Assembly (NCBI GenBank): GCA_964016885.1
Contig: OZ024741.1
Location: 219,790,001 to 219,854,000, forward strand
From: Eledone cirrhosa
Lineage: Eukaryota
Reading direction: 5' to 3'
Length of the DNA stretch: 64,000 nt
A program made the translations under genes and the position numbers. Of the stretch, positions 13,451 through 27,207 are shown piece after piece (position 1 is the stretch's first letter; every line of letters starts with the position of its first letter). The notes below the pieces were generated by a model. That model saw only the letters and a list, made by a program, of their open reading frames with translations. It made no database searches and was not told where the DNA came from.

Positions 13451-14103
13451 TTGGCATCAATCAGCAAGACCTCCATTAGCTGCTCTCCAGCCATCTATTT
13501 AAAGCTGTATACATCTATGGTACGAATACACTTGGAGTTCGCGTCATCAGTCTGGAACCCCTATCTTGCTCAGAACATTGACCTCCTGGAAACTGTTCAG
13601 AGACATGCAACCAAGCGCATACCCTCCATCAGACACCTACCATACCCTGAATATTTTGCTTCCCTCTGGCAATGGACTTGGTAAACACCCACAAAGTTAT
13701 TAACCATCCGACCAACAACAACCCCGAACACCTTTTTGATCTCCATGTGTCTAACACGTGGACATGCCTACAAAGTCAGAAAACAACACAGCTCCCATGA
13801 CTTTAGGAAATATTTCTTCATGCTCAGAGTTGCTGAAGGATGGAACAAACTTCCTGCATCAGTTGTTAGCTGATGACACACTGCATCCTTTAAAACCATC
13901 ATACATTCCGAAATACACCAAAACTACACCTGATGTCCCCCTTCCATACACATGCACATATGTGTATATCATGACTCATGCACTGTTCTTTTTTCCTGAC
14001 GTTTTTATATTACCCTATGTATTATATATGCACTTTTGATGAGTTGTAGTGCACCTCAGCATTGTACACAATATTTTCATTATTATTATCATTATTATTA
14101 TTA
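13451..14103 (+). mobile_element. 3' end of CR1-clade LINE with (ATT)n tail
   Basis: LYTSMVRIHLEFASSVWNPY...LETVQRHATKRIP; later GHAYKVRK...FFMLRVAEGWNKLP; (att)n at about 14079-14103. Confidence 0.88.
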
Positions 14104-14544
14104 CACTCATTGATCCATTTTGCACTAACTCTGCATCAAGCACCCTCACCTAAATATTAACCAATCAATGATCCAATACAGCTATCTGTTGGATGAGTAT
14201 TGTATAGTGCCAAAAACGAAACCAATCAGTTTAGCAGAAAGTTTCCAGACAAGAAACACGCATATTTTGCTATCCTCAAACACGTTTACACATGGCATGA
14301 AATATAACTAATCCGAGATGGCTAGGTTTCATCTTCTAACTGGATATACGAAATCCATTATGTCTTGACAACAACATGAGGTAACATTATGTTATTCACA
14401 GACACACTTTGTACACTGTTCCATATGACAAACAGTATTGAAAATATGTTCTTCGGCAAATAAAAATGTTTTGTTCATAATATTTCAACTAGCGATTGCT
14501 CTACTCCACGCACGACCACCATAAATTAATGACCAGCTCAACAC

Positions 14545-14718
14545 AAGTATTGGTAGAGCGTCAGACACCATGCTTTGCAGTATTGTTATGGTCCTTTGCA
14601 TTCTAAGTTCAAATCCTGCCGAGGTTAACTTCGACTTTCATACTTACTAATTCGATAAAATAAAGTACCAGTAATGGACTGCCGTAATGGATTTGTGCCG
14701 AAAAATAGAAACACTATT
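14545..14718 (+). mobile_element. tRNA-derived SINE copy
   Basis: gttcaaatcctgccgaggttaact...cgataaaataaagtaccagt, same family as 3849-4065. Confidence 0.85.
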
Positions 14719-15231
14719 AATGTGCAATAAGAGCAAAATATAACGACATTGCTCAATTATTTTATCTAATGTTGTAATAACACAAGGAAATGTTGTTTGT
14801 GTATTTTTTTTTATATTTGCTCATAGGCTTTTACAATTTCGCTCAGCCAACAACTATTAAAAAGTGAGTTGCTTAAGATAACAATTTAATCACAAATTGT
14901 TGCTATCTTTTAATACACTCCAACAAGTCATCAAATTATGTACAATAAAAACAAATCTTATTAATTTGCTCAAGGAATATAAAGAAAATGTATATACACT
15001 GATAATTGCAATTGTATGTAAATATTTTGTTTTTGTATTGTTTATTTTATGTTTTCTATTATGTATAATATATTGATTTAATATTGATTGTTTTTTGTAG
15101 TTGTTTATATTAAAAGTCTGAAAATATTTTTATACATCTTACACTAATATTTATAAGATAATTTATAATAACAATTACATAATCTAATTACATTACAACG
15201 ATAATTTATTATTAATATATATCCTGTTTAA

Positions 15232-16252
15232 CTAGAGTTATTACAAGCGTTGCCTTAAAAAAATATTAAACTAGACATGAAAAATGCGCAAGCTCAAAAG
15301 TGCCACAGAATGTTATAATAAACCTTCAAAAGTGTGGGACTAGAGTTGTTGCTAAAAAATATTGTAATCATTATATATCGTACATTCTGTGGCATCCTTT
15401 ATAAAAATAGCTTAAACCAACGAAGCCTTTATTTTTACGCTATTTGTAGAGTGTAACATATAAAAATAAATATAGAGTGTAACATATAAAAATAAATACA
15501 TCCATGTTTAATGTAATAACAGCTATAAATAATTACGTAATATTATTATCATATACTCATAGTAACAAAATAATTGTGTTGAAAATTAATATGATGCTTA
15601 TATGAACGATCAAATCTATAATGATAATTTCTTAAATATACTAATAGTAAAATAATTTAGTTATCTATTGTTACATTTTCATAGAACTATAATATTAACA
15701 ATCGTATTGCATTATCAAATTTTTATCACTACAAACTTTCATATTGGAATTACCTTAAGCCACTTATTATTACTTCGCTTTCGTACTTTTACAGCTGTAG
15801 ATATTGCGCTGTATCTTATATCTAATATCAATATCTCATGGTAATTTGCATGCAGTGTAAAATAGGTTTATTAATAACTTTAATATGAAATGTATTATAC
15901 AGGGCTGCGGAGTCGGCCAAAAATGGACTGGCTCCAACTCAGGATCCGATACTCCATTATTTCCTAAATTTCAGCTCCGCAGCTCTGTTATTATATTAAT
16001 TAATTTATTTTATAGTTGTAAATCATATTTTTATATGTTACACTCTAAGAATTAACTAAGTGAAATAGCGTAAAAATAAAGGCTTCGTTGGTTTAAGCTA
16101 TTTTTATAAAGGATGCCACAGAATGTACGATATATAATGATTACAATATTTTTTAGCAACAACTCTAGTCCCACACTTTTGAAGGTTTATTATAACATTC
16201 TGTGGCACTTTTGAGCTTGCGCATTTTTCATGTCTAGTTTTATATGTATTGA
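15232..16252 (-). mobile_element. Candidate non-autonomous Helitron whose body is a foldback (178-bp arms 15268-15445 / 16063-16240)
   Basis: Minus strand: A|TCAATACATATAAAA...aaggcaacgcttgtaataactCTAG|T, i.e. TC/CTAG termini in an AT target with a degenerate subterminal hairpin. The inverted arms look identical. Confidence 0.7.
15900..15987. mobile_element. Small hAT-type MITE
   Basis: TIRs CAGGGCTGCGGAG / CTCCGCAGCTCTG; 8-bp TSD gtattata / ttattata (7/8 match). Confidence 0.7.
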
Positions 16253-16519
16253 TTAAACCTAAAATTAAGTTGTATATATATATAAATATACATACATTCA
16301 TACATACATACATACATACATACATACATACATACATACATACATACATACATACATACGTACGTACATACATACATACATACGTACATACATACGTACA
16401 TACATACGTACATACGTACATACATCATATGTACGTACATACATACATATATACATCATACATACATACAACATACATACGAACATACATACGAACATAC
16501 ATACATACATACATTCGAC

Positions 16520-19500
16520 TTTATCAAACAGCGGCGACGGCGTGCAGCCAGCAATGAAGAACAATGGGCCGAACAGCGCCATCGGAACGCCGGACTTCAG
16601 AGGCGAAGACGTGCCGCCATGAATGAAGAGGAGCTGGCTGAACAACGCCAACGAAACACTGGAGCCAAGCAGCGACGGCGTGCTGCGATGGTTGAAGACG
16701 AACTGGCTGAGCATCATCAACAGATGGCCAGAATTCACCAGCAACGTCGTGCTGCGAAGAGGAGCTGGCTGAACAGCGCCAGCGCAATACAGAAGTTCAG
16801 AGAATGTGTCGCCAAAGTGCCACCAAAGTGCGCCTCATTCCAGTAAAGAGGCTAGAAGGCGAACGGATGATATTAAAAATGGATCATGGTAACCGTGTCA
16901 TTTTCAGATTGGTGGACGAGCAGTGTCCAGATTGTGGAGCATTGCTTTGGAGGCACAAAAAGACGTGGACCACAATGTGCTGTCATAAAGGAGCAGTTCA
17001 ACTAGAACCTTTGCGAATGCCGGATGATGAGGAGTCACCGGAGTTTAAAATACTAAGTATGTGAGGTGATCAAGGAGACCGAGGTAGATTACTGCGCAAA
17101 TATTCGGGGCAAATTAACAATTCATTAGCTTTAGCATCGCAGAGAGTTAGTGAGATGTTTGAGAGTGGGGCATGGCAACCGAATGTAGTCATTTAAGGCC
17201 GTTTGTATCATTGTATCAGTAATTTAGAAGTTACCCCAGGAGAGAGGACTCGATTCCCTCAAATTTACGTTAACGATCCAGATTATAGTGAATCGGAGGA
17301 GGATATCAGGTTGGATGAAGTTGCCGGGAAATATAACTGAACTTGAACGGCAAAGGTTAAGTGATTTGATCCGTGATTTGCAATCATGGCTTAGACATTG
17401 TAATCCTTATGTTATGGATTTCATGTTGGTGGCTGAACTGTAAAATGTTCAGCAGCAAACATTGGTGATTAAGGCTGATGCAGTGCCAAGGAATCAACAC
17501 GAACGGCGATATAATGCCCCTGAAGGATTTCGTGAAGTTGCTGTGTTGATGGACGATAAGCCTGGATCGAGAGATATCGTCCTCAATCGCAGAGATGGTT
17601 GTCTCAAGACTATCAATGAGTCAAAAAGGGCATACTATGCATTGCATTATGTTCTTTTATTCCCAAAAGGTGAAAATCGATGGAACATGTCTGCTCATTT
17701 AGATGATCATGAGAATCAGCATCAACAGGGAGGCGGCAATAGACACAATAATCGATTTGCGACTTTTACGCGTTCCATTGGAACGAGAGGAATCAACAGA
17801 GAAATGCGTTATTTCAAGCCAGCAGATTGTTCCAGGAATACTGTTGTATGGCATTCGCAAAGATCGTAAATCAAAGGCTAAATTATATAGCTACACATCA
17901 GCAACATATCAGAGCTGAATTGTATAATAATATACAGGATGCGATAACAGCCGATGATGCCAATTACAAGCAAATTGGTCGACGCATCATTTTGACATCA
18001 TCGTTCATCGGCGGCCCGAGTTATATGAACATTCGCTATCAGGATGCAATGGCTATTGTCAGAAAGTTTGGAAAGCCAGATTTGTTTATAACGGTTACAT
18101 GCAATCCTGAATGGACTGATATTAAGGATGCACTTTTGCCAGGACAACAGCCAAAGGACCGTCCTGATATTGTGGCAAGAGTATTCAAAGGATATCTGAA
18201 AAAGATAATGGATGATGTGGAAAAAGAGGGAATCTTTGGAGGTATAGTTGTTTTACTTACGTAATTGAATTCCAAAAAAGAAGATTGCCACATGCACATT
18301 TACTGATCATTTTACATAGAGATTGCAAATTGAGATGTGCTGAGGATGTCGACAGCGTTGTGTGTGCTGAACTGCCGGAGAATGAGGCACTACGCAATTT
18401 GGTGGCAAAGTCAATGGTGCACAACCAATGCGGAGTGGCAAATCGGAAAGCGCCTTGCATGGAAAATGGCCAATGCAGTAAGCACTTTCCGAAATCTTTT
18501 GTTACGAACACTTCCTGGAACGATGGGGATGCTCATCCCTCATACAGAAGACGGTCGCCTGCAGGTGGCGGTTTGGTCGAAAATGTAAACGATCGACAGG
18601 TTACAAATCAATGGGTTGTGCCATACCATACATATTTGATTATGAAATATCGTTGTCATATTAATGTGGAAATTTGTAGCTCAGTGAAAGCTTGCAAATA
18701 TCTATTCAAATATGTTTACAAATGTCATGATTGGGCAATGATCAATGTCAGGAATAAGGAAGCGAACCAAGGAGATGAAGTTGGCAGGTTCTAGGATCTT
18801 CGTTCGATTGGAAGCTTGCTGGAGATTGTTCAATTTTGATCTCAATAAAACGCAAACCCAGCGTTCAGAAACTGACGGTTCACTTAGAGAATAGTCAAAT
18901 GGTCTGTTTTCAGTACACTAGAAGAGGTGTCGAAAGAATTGCTAACGCACCACCTCCTAAGACGGAATTGACTGAGTGGTTCAAGCATAGTAGGCAACAT
19001 GCTTTGAACCCGGATCAAAGGCAACTCTACTGCGAGTTCCCTTTGCACTATACATGTGATAAGAAGGGAAAGAAATGGAATGATAGAAAACAAAAGTTGA
19101 GATTCATGACTATTGGACGGGTTTGTAATGTCCATCCAGCATCTGGTGATGTGTTTTATCTCCGAATTCTGTTGCATAGTAATTTTTCGAGAGGTAAACA
19201 GGGCTTCGCTGATTTGAAAACAATCAATGGCGTGGAATATGAAACATACCAGGCTGTGTGTCAGCATCTGGAACTCCTTCAGGATGTCGCTGAAGGGAAT
19301 AACACCATGGAAGCTGCAGGAACAACACAGATGCCAGCTCAAATAAGGCAGTTGTTTGTCACGATTCTAGGATTCTGCAATTCTGCCGATCCAAGAGAGT
19401 TATTTGAACGCCATTGGGGAATTATGGCTGATGATTTTAGGCATCATCTTCAGGTCGATTATGAAAATTTTATGAAAGCTATTGTTTTGCTCAATATTGA

Positions 19501-21064
19501 GCAACTGCTTGAAGTTCATTTCAAATGTTTAACAGATTTCAATTTGCCAATTCCTGATGAAGAAATGCGGCAAAGTGTCTTAGCATTGAACATGAGATTG
19601 CAGCTTAGACGGTTGCCACTCGATCGGAGGGAACTATTCCAGTTTGATCCACTGGAACAACAACGTATTGTGGCTGAACGTATGCCAATGTTGACCCAAT
19701 CTCAGAGAGAATTTGTCGATGGCGTTCACCACTCGATTTCCACTAATGAGCAACTTTGTGCTTTCATAGATGCTCCAGGAGGCACTGGAAAGACATTCTG
19801 TTTCAACACTATGTTATCGGCAGTCAGGGCTCAGAGGAAGATTACTCTCCCTGTGGCCACGAGTGGGATCGCTGCCACTTTGCTGAGTGGTGGAAGGACC
19901 TTCCACTCATGCTTCAAGGCTCCATTGGCTCCGGATGAGTTGAGTGTCTGTAACATTACAGGACAAAGTGAACTCGCAGGCCTTATACGCAATACGTCTC
20001 TGATTATTTGGGACAAGGCTCCTTTGGCACACAGATATTTACTGGAGGCATTGGACAGAACTTTGAGAGATATCTGCGGTAGTGACCTGCCATTCGGTGG
20101 TAAGACTATCGTTCTTGGTGGCGATTTCAGACAGGTGCTACCAATTGTTAGGAATGCTCAAAGAGCGCAAATTGTCAATGTCTGAAAAAGTCCCCGTTGT
20201 GTCGCCATTTCAGAGTTTTGCGATTACACGATAATATGCGACTTTGTATGTTCAGGCAAAACGAAGAGGCTGAGACATACGGCTGATGGTTGATGCAGTT
20301 GGGAAACGATGAATTGCCACACGTTGGTGATAATCAGACTGTAAAAATCGCAGACCATTTGGTCATGCCACTGGACCGCCAAACATTGATTGACTGTGTG
20401 TTCCCTAATTTGAATGCTTTTTGGCAGAATATCTCCTGGATATCGGAACGCGTTATTCTAACCCATACGAATGCAACAGTCGATGAAATAAATTCCCAAG
20501 TACCCGAAATGTTTCCTGGAGAGGAATGGTTAACCGTCAGTGCGGATGCAATGGAGCCTAATCAGCAGAACAATATGGACGTTCCGACCGAGTATCTGAA
20601 TTCACTTCAAATACCCGGATTTCCCCCCACATATTTTGAGGTTGAAAAAGAGTATGGCGAATATATTTGTTATAAATATCAATCAAAAAATGGGTCTTTG
20701 CAATGGTACCAGATTGATTGTTGAGAGATTGATTAACGGAAGAGTTTTAGAAGCTAAACTCACAGGCAGAGAGGAATCGGTTCTCATTCCGAGGATCATG
20801 TTCAGACCAAGTGAAGATCTGCTGCCATTCATTTGGCAAAGGAAACAGTTTCCCGTCAATTTGGCCTTCTTCATGACTGTCAACAAGGCACAGGGACAGA
20901 CTTTCAAGCGATTAGGTGTCTACTTGAATGATCCAGCATTCAGCCATGGGCAACTGTATGTTACTGCACCTCGAGTGTGCGATCCTGATGGTATAAAATT
21001 TGCAATTGATACCACTAACAGAGGAACAACCCTGAATATTGTCTATAATGAAGCTTTGAGCTGA
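16520..21064 (+). mobile_element. Helitron Rep-helicase (HUH Rep + PIF1-family SF1 helicase) pseudogene with multiple stops and frameshifts
   Basis: N-terminal charged repeats; CPDC...MCCHKG; HYVLLFPKGE; SSFIGGP.YM...YQDAMAIVRKFGKPDLFITVTCNPEW; EFQKR.LPHAHLL (HUH); KYLFKYVYK (two Tyr); Walker A DAPGGTGKT; FGGKTIVLGGDFRQVLP; QFPV.LAF.MTVNKAQGQT; FSHGQLYV; NIVYNEAL*. Confidence 0.97.
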
Positions 21065-21094
21065 TGTATGCATATCTTTAATGCTATCAATAAG

Positions 21095-21432
21095 CGACGT
21101 AAATGATTCGGACATTGGTGTCCTTTGATCAGTATCGTGAGCTTTGACAGAGTTATCATTTATGTTCAATGTCATTTAATGTCGTTATGAGAAATAAAAA
21201 ACAAACAAGTATTGGTAAAAATTGCTTTCACTGCTATGTTGCGCAATAAATACCAACAAGTGTTGGTAGAAATTGCCTTCACTGCTATGAACATTCGACG
21301 TAAATGATTCAGACATTGGTGTCCTTTGATCAGTATTGTGAGCTTTGACAGAGTTATCATTTCTGTTCAATGTCATTTATTGTCGATAATGAGCAATAAA
21401 AACCAACAAGTATTGGTAGAAAATGGCTTCAA
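21095..21432. repeat. About 200-bp tandem duplication with about 50-bp subrepeats in the Helitron 3' region
   Basis: cgacgtaaatgattc.gacattggtgtcctttgatcag at about 21095 and 21297; 'aacaagt.ttggta.aaa' occurs three times. Confidence 0.85.
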
Positions 21433-21857
21433 ATTTAACCCTTCTGATCGCGGTGGTAATAAAACCTCATCATATGCTGAGTCTGGCAAAAAGGTTGGAT
21501 CCTATGGCCAGCCAGGGCTAGAGTAATATTGAAAAACGATTCTATTTTCGAAGTAGAAGGATCCGCCATTTGGAGTTCAAACCAGGCCACCTCCCCGAGT
21601 TGAACTCTGGGCAACATTGACTGTCTATTACTCAGTCTGGAAATTACTGAATACATTTTTGAGTCATATAATTTGTTGTTTTATTATTATAGCTGACCAC
21701 TTATAGATAAGCATGTTATCCATATCCATATTAATTGTAATATGTTATCTATATCCATATTAATTTGGCATTTGTATAAACCATTTGTATAAACCAACTA
21801 AATAGGGACCTTTTTTACATTGACGGACATCTTTTATATTAATTATCTATATCTATA

Positions 21858-21988
21858 TCTATATATAATATAAAAGATTGGAACTTCTATCATCCTTTTG
21901 AGAAACGTGGAACAACCACGTCTATGCAATGATACACGTTTTACAGTCAGTCAGAAGCTGAACCATCTCCTAGAGGTCACTATTCTAG
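21858..21988 (+). mobile_element. Tiny fragment of a second Helitron (helicase motif fused to a 5'-end-like TCTATATATAA)
   Basis: [37 protein letters not shown] is the PIF1 'LLRNL...LCNGTRL' motif, diverged from the copy at about 20700. Confidence 0.7.
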
Positions 21989-22003
21989 GTGTGTGTGTGT
22001 GTG

Positions 22004-22081
<78 letters not shown>

Positions 22082-22120
22082 CTTCGTTTTCTGTTTTTTT
22101 TCTCTGTTTATTTATTAAAC

Positions 22121-22158
<38 letters not shown>

Positions 22159-22303
22159 CGGGTGATTTTAGGCATAATCTCTGTGTTGGTAATATAACGA
22201 TGGTTATAGCTCTGATTTATCCAAATTATTGAGCCCTCTGCCATTCATATCGGATATTGTTTATCGTTAATTCGTGAGCTGTTTTTCCGATTCTCGATTA
22301 TTC

Positions 22304-22337
<34 letters not shown>

Positions 22338-22564
22338 ATGTCCTGTTATAAGCGTTGAAACATCTATGATCCGTAGTAAACAGCTGATGAAGGGCAGCTT
22401 TTCTTCTCTTGTTTACGTCCCTATTACCTTCTTACACTTCGTTTTCAGAAACCACACAACCTCGCCTCTTTACCTCTATTTTTGTATATATATATATAAT
22501 TTGTTTATATATAAACAAATTAATTCGAAAATAGAGTTTTGAGATGCGAGTGTATTAGGAATCT

Positions 22565-22775
22565 CAGGAAAATGGGAAAACTCGGCGTAAGGAAGATGTA
22601 AGGACACCAAAATACCACCGAAGCGGCGTTGGGTAAAATATTACCTGGAATGTGAGTTGACGTCTCTTCCTTCCTTCGAGTCAACACACGTTTAGCCGCT
22701 GACCTCTGTCCTTCCAGGTAATATTTTACCCAACGCCGCTTATACGGTATTTTGGTGGAGTTTTCCCATTTCCTG
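22565..22775. repeat. Imperfect foldback / MITE-like element
   Basis: aagcggcgttgggtaaaatattacctggaa / ttccaggtaatattttacccaacgccgctt perfect 30-bp core plus outer paired blocks. Confidence 0.8.
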
Positions 22776-23173
22776 CAGGCCGGATACCCGATCGCGCGGT
22801 TAAACCACTGGGAGTGAAGGACCCCTAGCCTTTGTCAGGGCATTCTTCTAGGAGAAGGCAACTCAGGAAACTGGGATAACTCCAACATAAAACCTGCGGC
22901 TCAGTCGTTACCGATGATGTTGATCTTTTCTTCTTTTCGGGTTATAGCTACTGTCGCTCAGAGAGTGGGATTGGCTCCGTGCACATTCTTTCCTCACTTT
23001 AAAAATAATCTCCACGCACAGGCATTGCACGATAGAATTAATTGATAATTATTAATAATGATATATCGTGCAATGGTCATACTCGATGACGAGGGGCAGC
23101 CATCATATATATATAATAGAAAGAAACGAGGAAGTTTCATTTACATATATTTCACTGTACATCCACACTATAA

Positions 23174-23303
<130 letters not shown>

Positions 23304-23353
23304 ATGTGTGTGTGTATGTGTGTGTGTGTGTGTGTGTGCGTGTGTGTGCGCGC

Positions 23354-23415
<62 letters not shown>

Positions 23416-23603
23416 GCTTGTTTGTATGTATATATGTATAACTTTAACGTTGATAACTTTGATAGGTTTCGGCCAGTATTGGCCCAAGCCATGTCTAACT
23501 TAATAGCACTACCTGACGAAGTCTTTCAAATCAGGATTTGGACACCATGGCCCGCTCAAGTAGAGAGCTATTATTTACGGCGGCATATCCGGGTGTAGGA
23601 GGT

Positions 23604-24020
23604 TTATCCGGATTTCTTGAAGGAATTTGTCCAAAGACTTCTTGAACTTGATGGGGTCTGTTTCTGTTTTAATGTGTTTTTGTGTAATGTTAAAGAGTGC
23701 GGGGCCAATTGAGGTGAAATAACTGTGCTTAATGTTGTTATGAGATGCGAGTTTGATTGTTGTTGTGAGCGGATAGCACGGTCGCCAAGCCTAAGGTCTA
23801 CTTTAAAGATGATGCCAACATCATTTGGGCAATGCTGATGGAATATTTCCCACATCATGCAGACAATGTAGCGCTCACGGCGGCGTTGGAGAGAATAAAG
23901 GTTGAGATTTTCTAGTCGACCCCAATAGTCAAGGCCTGTCATGCCATCTATCTTTTTTGTGATTGACCTTCGGCGTACTTCAATTTTCATGATACTTTGT
24001 TTCGAGACCACAGTGGACAA
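23604..24020 (-). mobile_element. CR1/L2-group LINE 3' fragment
   Basis: YWGRLENLNLYSLQRRRERYIVCMMW motif. Confidence 0.75.
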
Positions 24021-24129
24021 CTGTATTCAAGGTGGGGCCGGGCCAAAGTAAAGAAGAGAAGGGTAATGGTGTGGATATCTCTCGACTGGAAAGTTCTGAG
24101 AATCCAGAAACACATTCTGCGGCCATGTA

Positions 24130-25445
24130 AACTTGTATGTATATATACTCCTTCCAGCGGGTCCTGTCAGAGGTAACCACCTCCAGCTGACCCTGCTGGA
24201 TCCCCAAGCGAGACCAGCCAAGCTTATGGATGTTATCCAAACATCTTGCTTGGGGTCAAACCATGTGTCTCCTGCCGGTTGGTTTTGCCCGTAAAATCTG
24301 TCCAGCGATTCTTTCCTGAAATATTCTAACCACATCTCAATAGTATAGGAGTTGTGATATCTCAATTCAAAGAAGTAACGGCTCTACATGTAGTGATTCT
24401 CTGATCTCTGTGTTACGCACTCTATCAAGCAACGTTGTTCCAAAGATCTTCCAGACGAACCCTATTCTGACCGCTTGTATTCGCAATCGTATTCTTTTGG
24501 TCATTACCCAACATTCACGCCTATAGGTAAGGGTTGGCACAAATAACTAAATGAAGATAGCGAGTTTGGCTTTTACAGCTATCTCTCTTTTTATGATCAC
24601 CGAATGCTGAAGCTGGCGCATTACTGCACCTGCTACTGCAATTCTCGCACTTAATTCAGCCTTCTGCTTTCCATCACTCGTGAACATGACCCAAAGATAC
24701 TTGAATTTCTCTACCTGCTTCGGTAGAACTCCATTCACATGTAGAGTACATTGTGCAGGCTTCCGTTAGACAACGAGTGCCTCAGTTTTTGGAGCACTGA
24801 TTTTCATTCCAGTCATGCAGCACTCAGCATCAAACCTATCAAGTGCAAGTCGGAGATGACCTTCTGTCGAGTTAAATAACACCATGTCGTCTGTAAATTC
24901 CAGCCGGCTGATTTAACACTCGCCAATCATGATACCATTTCCGACTCGGCATCTCATGTCAATCCTGTTCATGAAAGTAGTGAACAGGAGAGGTGAGAGT
25001 ACGCACACTTGGTGGTTTCGATGTAGCACAATCTATCCGAACACAAATACTCGAGCCATTAATCAGAGACATCATAGCGGCAAGAAGCTGACTATCGATC
25101 CCATACTCCTGCACAACCTTCAACAACATGTCTCGAGGGACGCGCTAAAATGCCTTTTCGAGGTCTACAAAACAAGAATATACTTCTTGGCAATATTCCC
25201 ACGATTTCTCGAAGACATGCCGCAGTGTGAATATTTGGTCGGTTGTACTGCGTCCGGGGTGGAAACCGCACTGTTCACTAGCTAACTTGCATTCGATAAT
25301 CTCCCTGCATCTCGTTACCAGACACTTAGCATAGACTTTACTGGGGATGCTTAACAAGGAAATCGCTTTGTAACTAGAACAATCTCCATTGTCCCCCTTT
25401 TTGAAAATTGGTATTATCACTTCCGATTGCCATTGCTTAAGTGCC
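24130..25445 (-). mobile_element. Degraded RTE-clade LINE (Rex3/Expander-like RT)
   Basis: IIPIFKKGD..DCSSYKAISLLSIPSKVYA, EQCGFHPGRSTTDQIFTL, CFVDLEKAF, KFKYLWVMFTSDGK...KAKLAIF. Confidence 0.88.
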
Positions 25446-25639
25446 TTTCTATATATATATATGCATATATACATGATGGCTACAAACACTGTTAAGAGTA
25501 TTGCAAACGCTTGTCAGATTATAGAAAATTGTGCACTTTTAGGCTACGACCAGCCACACGAACCTGTAACATATCCTGAACAAGCAATGCCTGCGCTTTG
25601 AAGGTTTTTTAAATGGGGAAAGGCCTTGCACTCGACCAA

Positions 25640-25683
<44 letters not shown>

Positions 25684-25711
25684 AATATATATATATGTAT
25701 ATATATATGAA

Positions 25712-25889
25712 AATATTTAACTCCGATGGCAGAGCTCAAGCCGTTTCTACGTAGTCCAGAAATAGCCGTCGAAAAGGCTTGAGCTCTTCCATCAGGGTTA
25801 AACATTTTCCCATTACCCACTCTACTACTCTAAGTATTGAGTACTCTGGTGCGTTATGGTCCATCTGGTTCGTTACCACACTTCGTTCG

Positions 25890-25891
<2 letters not shown>
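25712..25891 (-). mobile_element. TA-associated element family A with internal hairpin
   Basis: Reverse complement of the 33049 element; agagctcaagcc / ggcttgagctct inverted pair; flanked by (TA)n on both sides. Confidence 0.8.
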
Positions 25892-25927
<36 letters not shown>

Positions 25928-26018
25928 GTAAGGTTGCCGGTAAATGCGCCCATAGGTGGTATGCCGGTTGAGCACTCGATGCTCGCGCACATGCAGCAAC
26001 ATATATATGTATGTATAT

Positions 26019-26160
26019 AAAAGGTAAACAGAAATAACAACACAATCAGTACAGTATATGGAAGAGATATATTACGTTAACGCTTGATATAGCAGGAAGA
26101 GGGTCATAACATTTCGGACGCTAGTCCTTCATCAGAAGAAAGAATGAGAAATAAGATAGA
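26019..26160 (-). mobile_element. TA-associated short element carrying a mutated minimal hammerhead (family F5)
   Basis: Homologous to 33687-33826 and 40620-40758; minus strand tcttCTGATGAaggac-tagc-gtccGAAAtgttatga. Confidence 0.75.
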
Positions 26161-26292
26161 TTGAGGGGACGGGCGGGTTGGAATTGGAAAAAATGTCTTT
26201 AGATAAAAAATAACAGGTCCATTCATGTTGACATCTCTTGGAAAACTGTTGGTGCTGGCGTTTTGTGTATGATTTATTTTTTAAAAAAGTGG

Positions 26293-26441
<149 letters not shown>

Positions 26442-26508
26442 ATAGAGAGAGGGAGAGAGAGCGAGAGAGAATAAGAAGTCAGATTTGCACTTATTTAGAA
26501 ACTTTAAT

Positions 26509-26590
26509 GCATATTACAACTGTCGATCAGTTCGGGCTTGAACAGGCGATCGTATATCCCGACTCTTAATCGACACCTCTTCAGATATGC
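26509..26590 (-). ncRNA. Inactivated hammerhead copy (family F1) that has lost GAAA through an 8-nt deletion
   Basis: Matches 27766-27855 except 'actgt[ttcgatgt]cgatc' is deleted at a tgt microhomology. Confidence 0.7.
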
Positions 26591-26616
26591 GAGTTTACAT
26601 GGCTGGTCCCATCCAA

Positions 26617-26719
<103 letters not shown>

Positions 26720-26764
26720 ACTGTGTATATATTCAGGCGCAACTACTGATTGTATTTTGCTTAC

Positions 26765-26850
26765 CTTCCACTTTGTGCCGTTGCAATGTCCAAAGTTATA
26801 TATCCGCAGCATATCCAGGCTAGCAACACTAAATACAGCTTCGTGGCCAT
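26765..26850 (-). CDS. Candidate first coding exon encoding a signal peptide: MATKLYLVLLAWICCGYITLDIATAQSG
   Basis: agtATGG start context; basic residue, hydrophobic core and A-x-A cleavage motif; strong aag|gtaagc donor at 26764; upstream acceptor ctctttag| at 26995. Confidence 0.65.
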
Positions 26851-27139
26851 ACTCTCTCTTATCACCTTCTCACTTTCACCCTCTTCTTCCTTATTCTTTG
26901 TTGTATTTAGTTCTTTGTTCCTTGTTGAAGTTTAAAAAGTGAGGAATCTGATGAAGTAACAAATTGGCAGGACAAACATTTGTCGCTAGATTACCTAAAG
27001 AGATTTCTATTTATACCCCATGTGGGAGGAGAAGAAAGCAGCAACAACATTGTCACTGTCAATATTATCATAACCATCATCATCATCACCATAGAATGTA
27101 ATCATTACCATCATCATCACCATAGAATGTCATCATCAC

Positions 27140-27207
<68 letters not shown>

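Noticed and set aside
16520-21064. Functional host PIF1 helicase or active Helitron
   Set aside because: Numerous in-frame stops and frameshifts, Walker B mutated (WDKAP), no introns; a convincing plus-strand CTAG|T terminus was not found.
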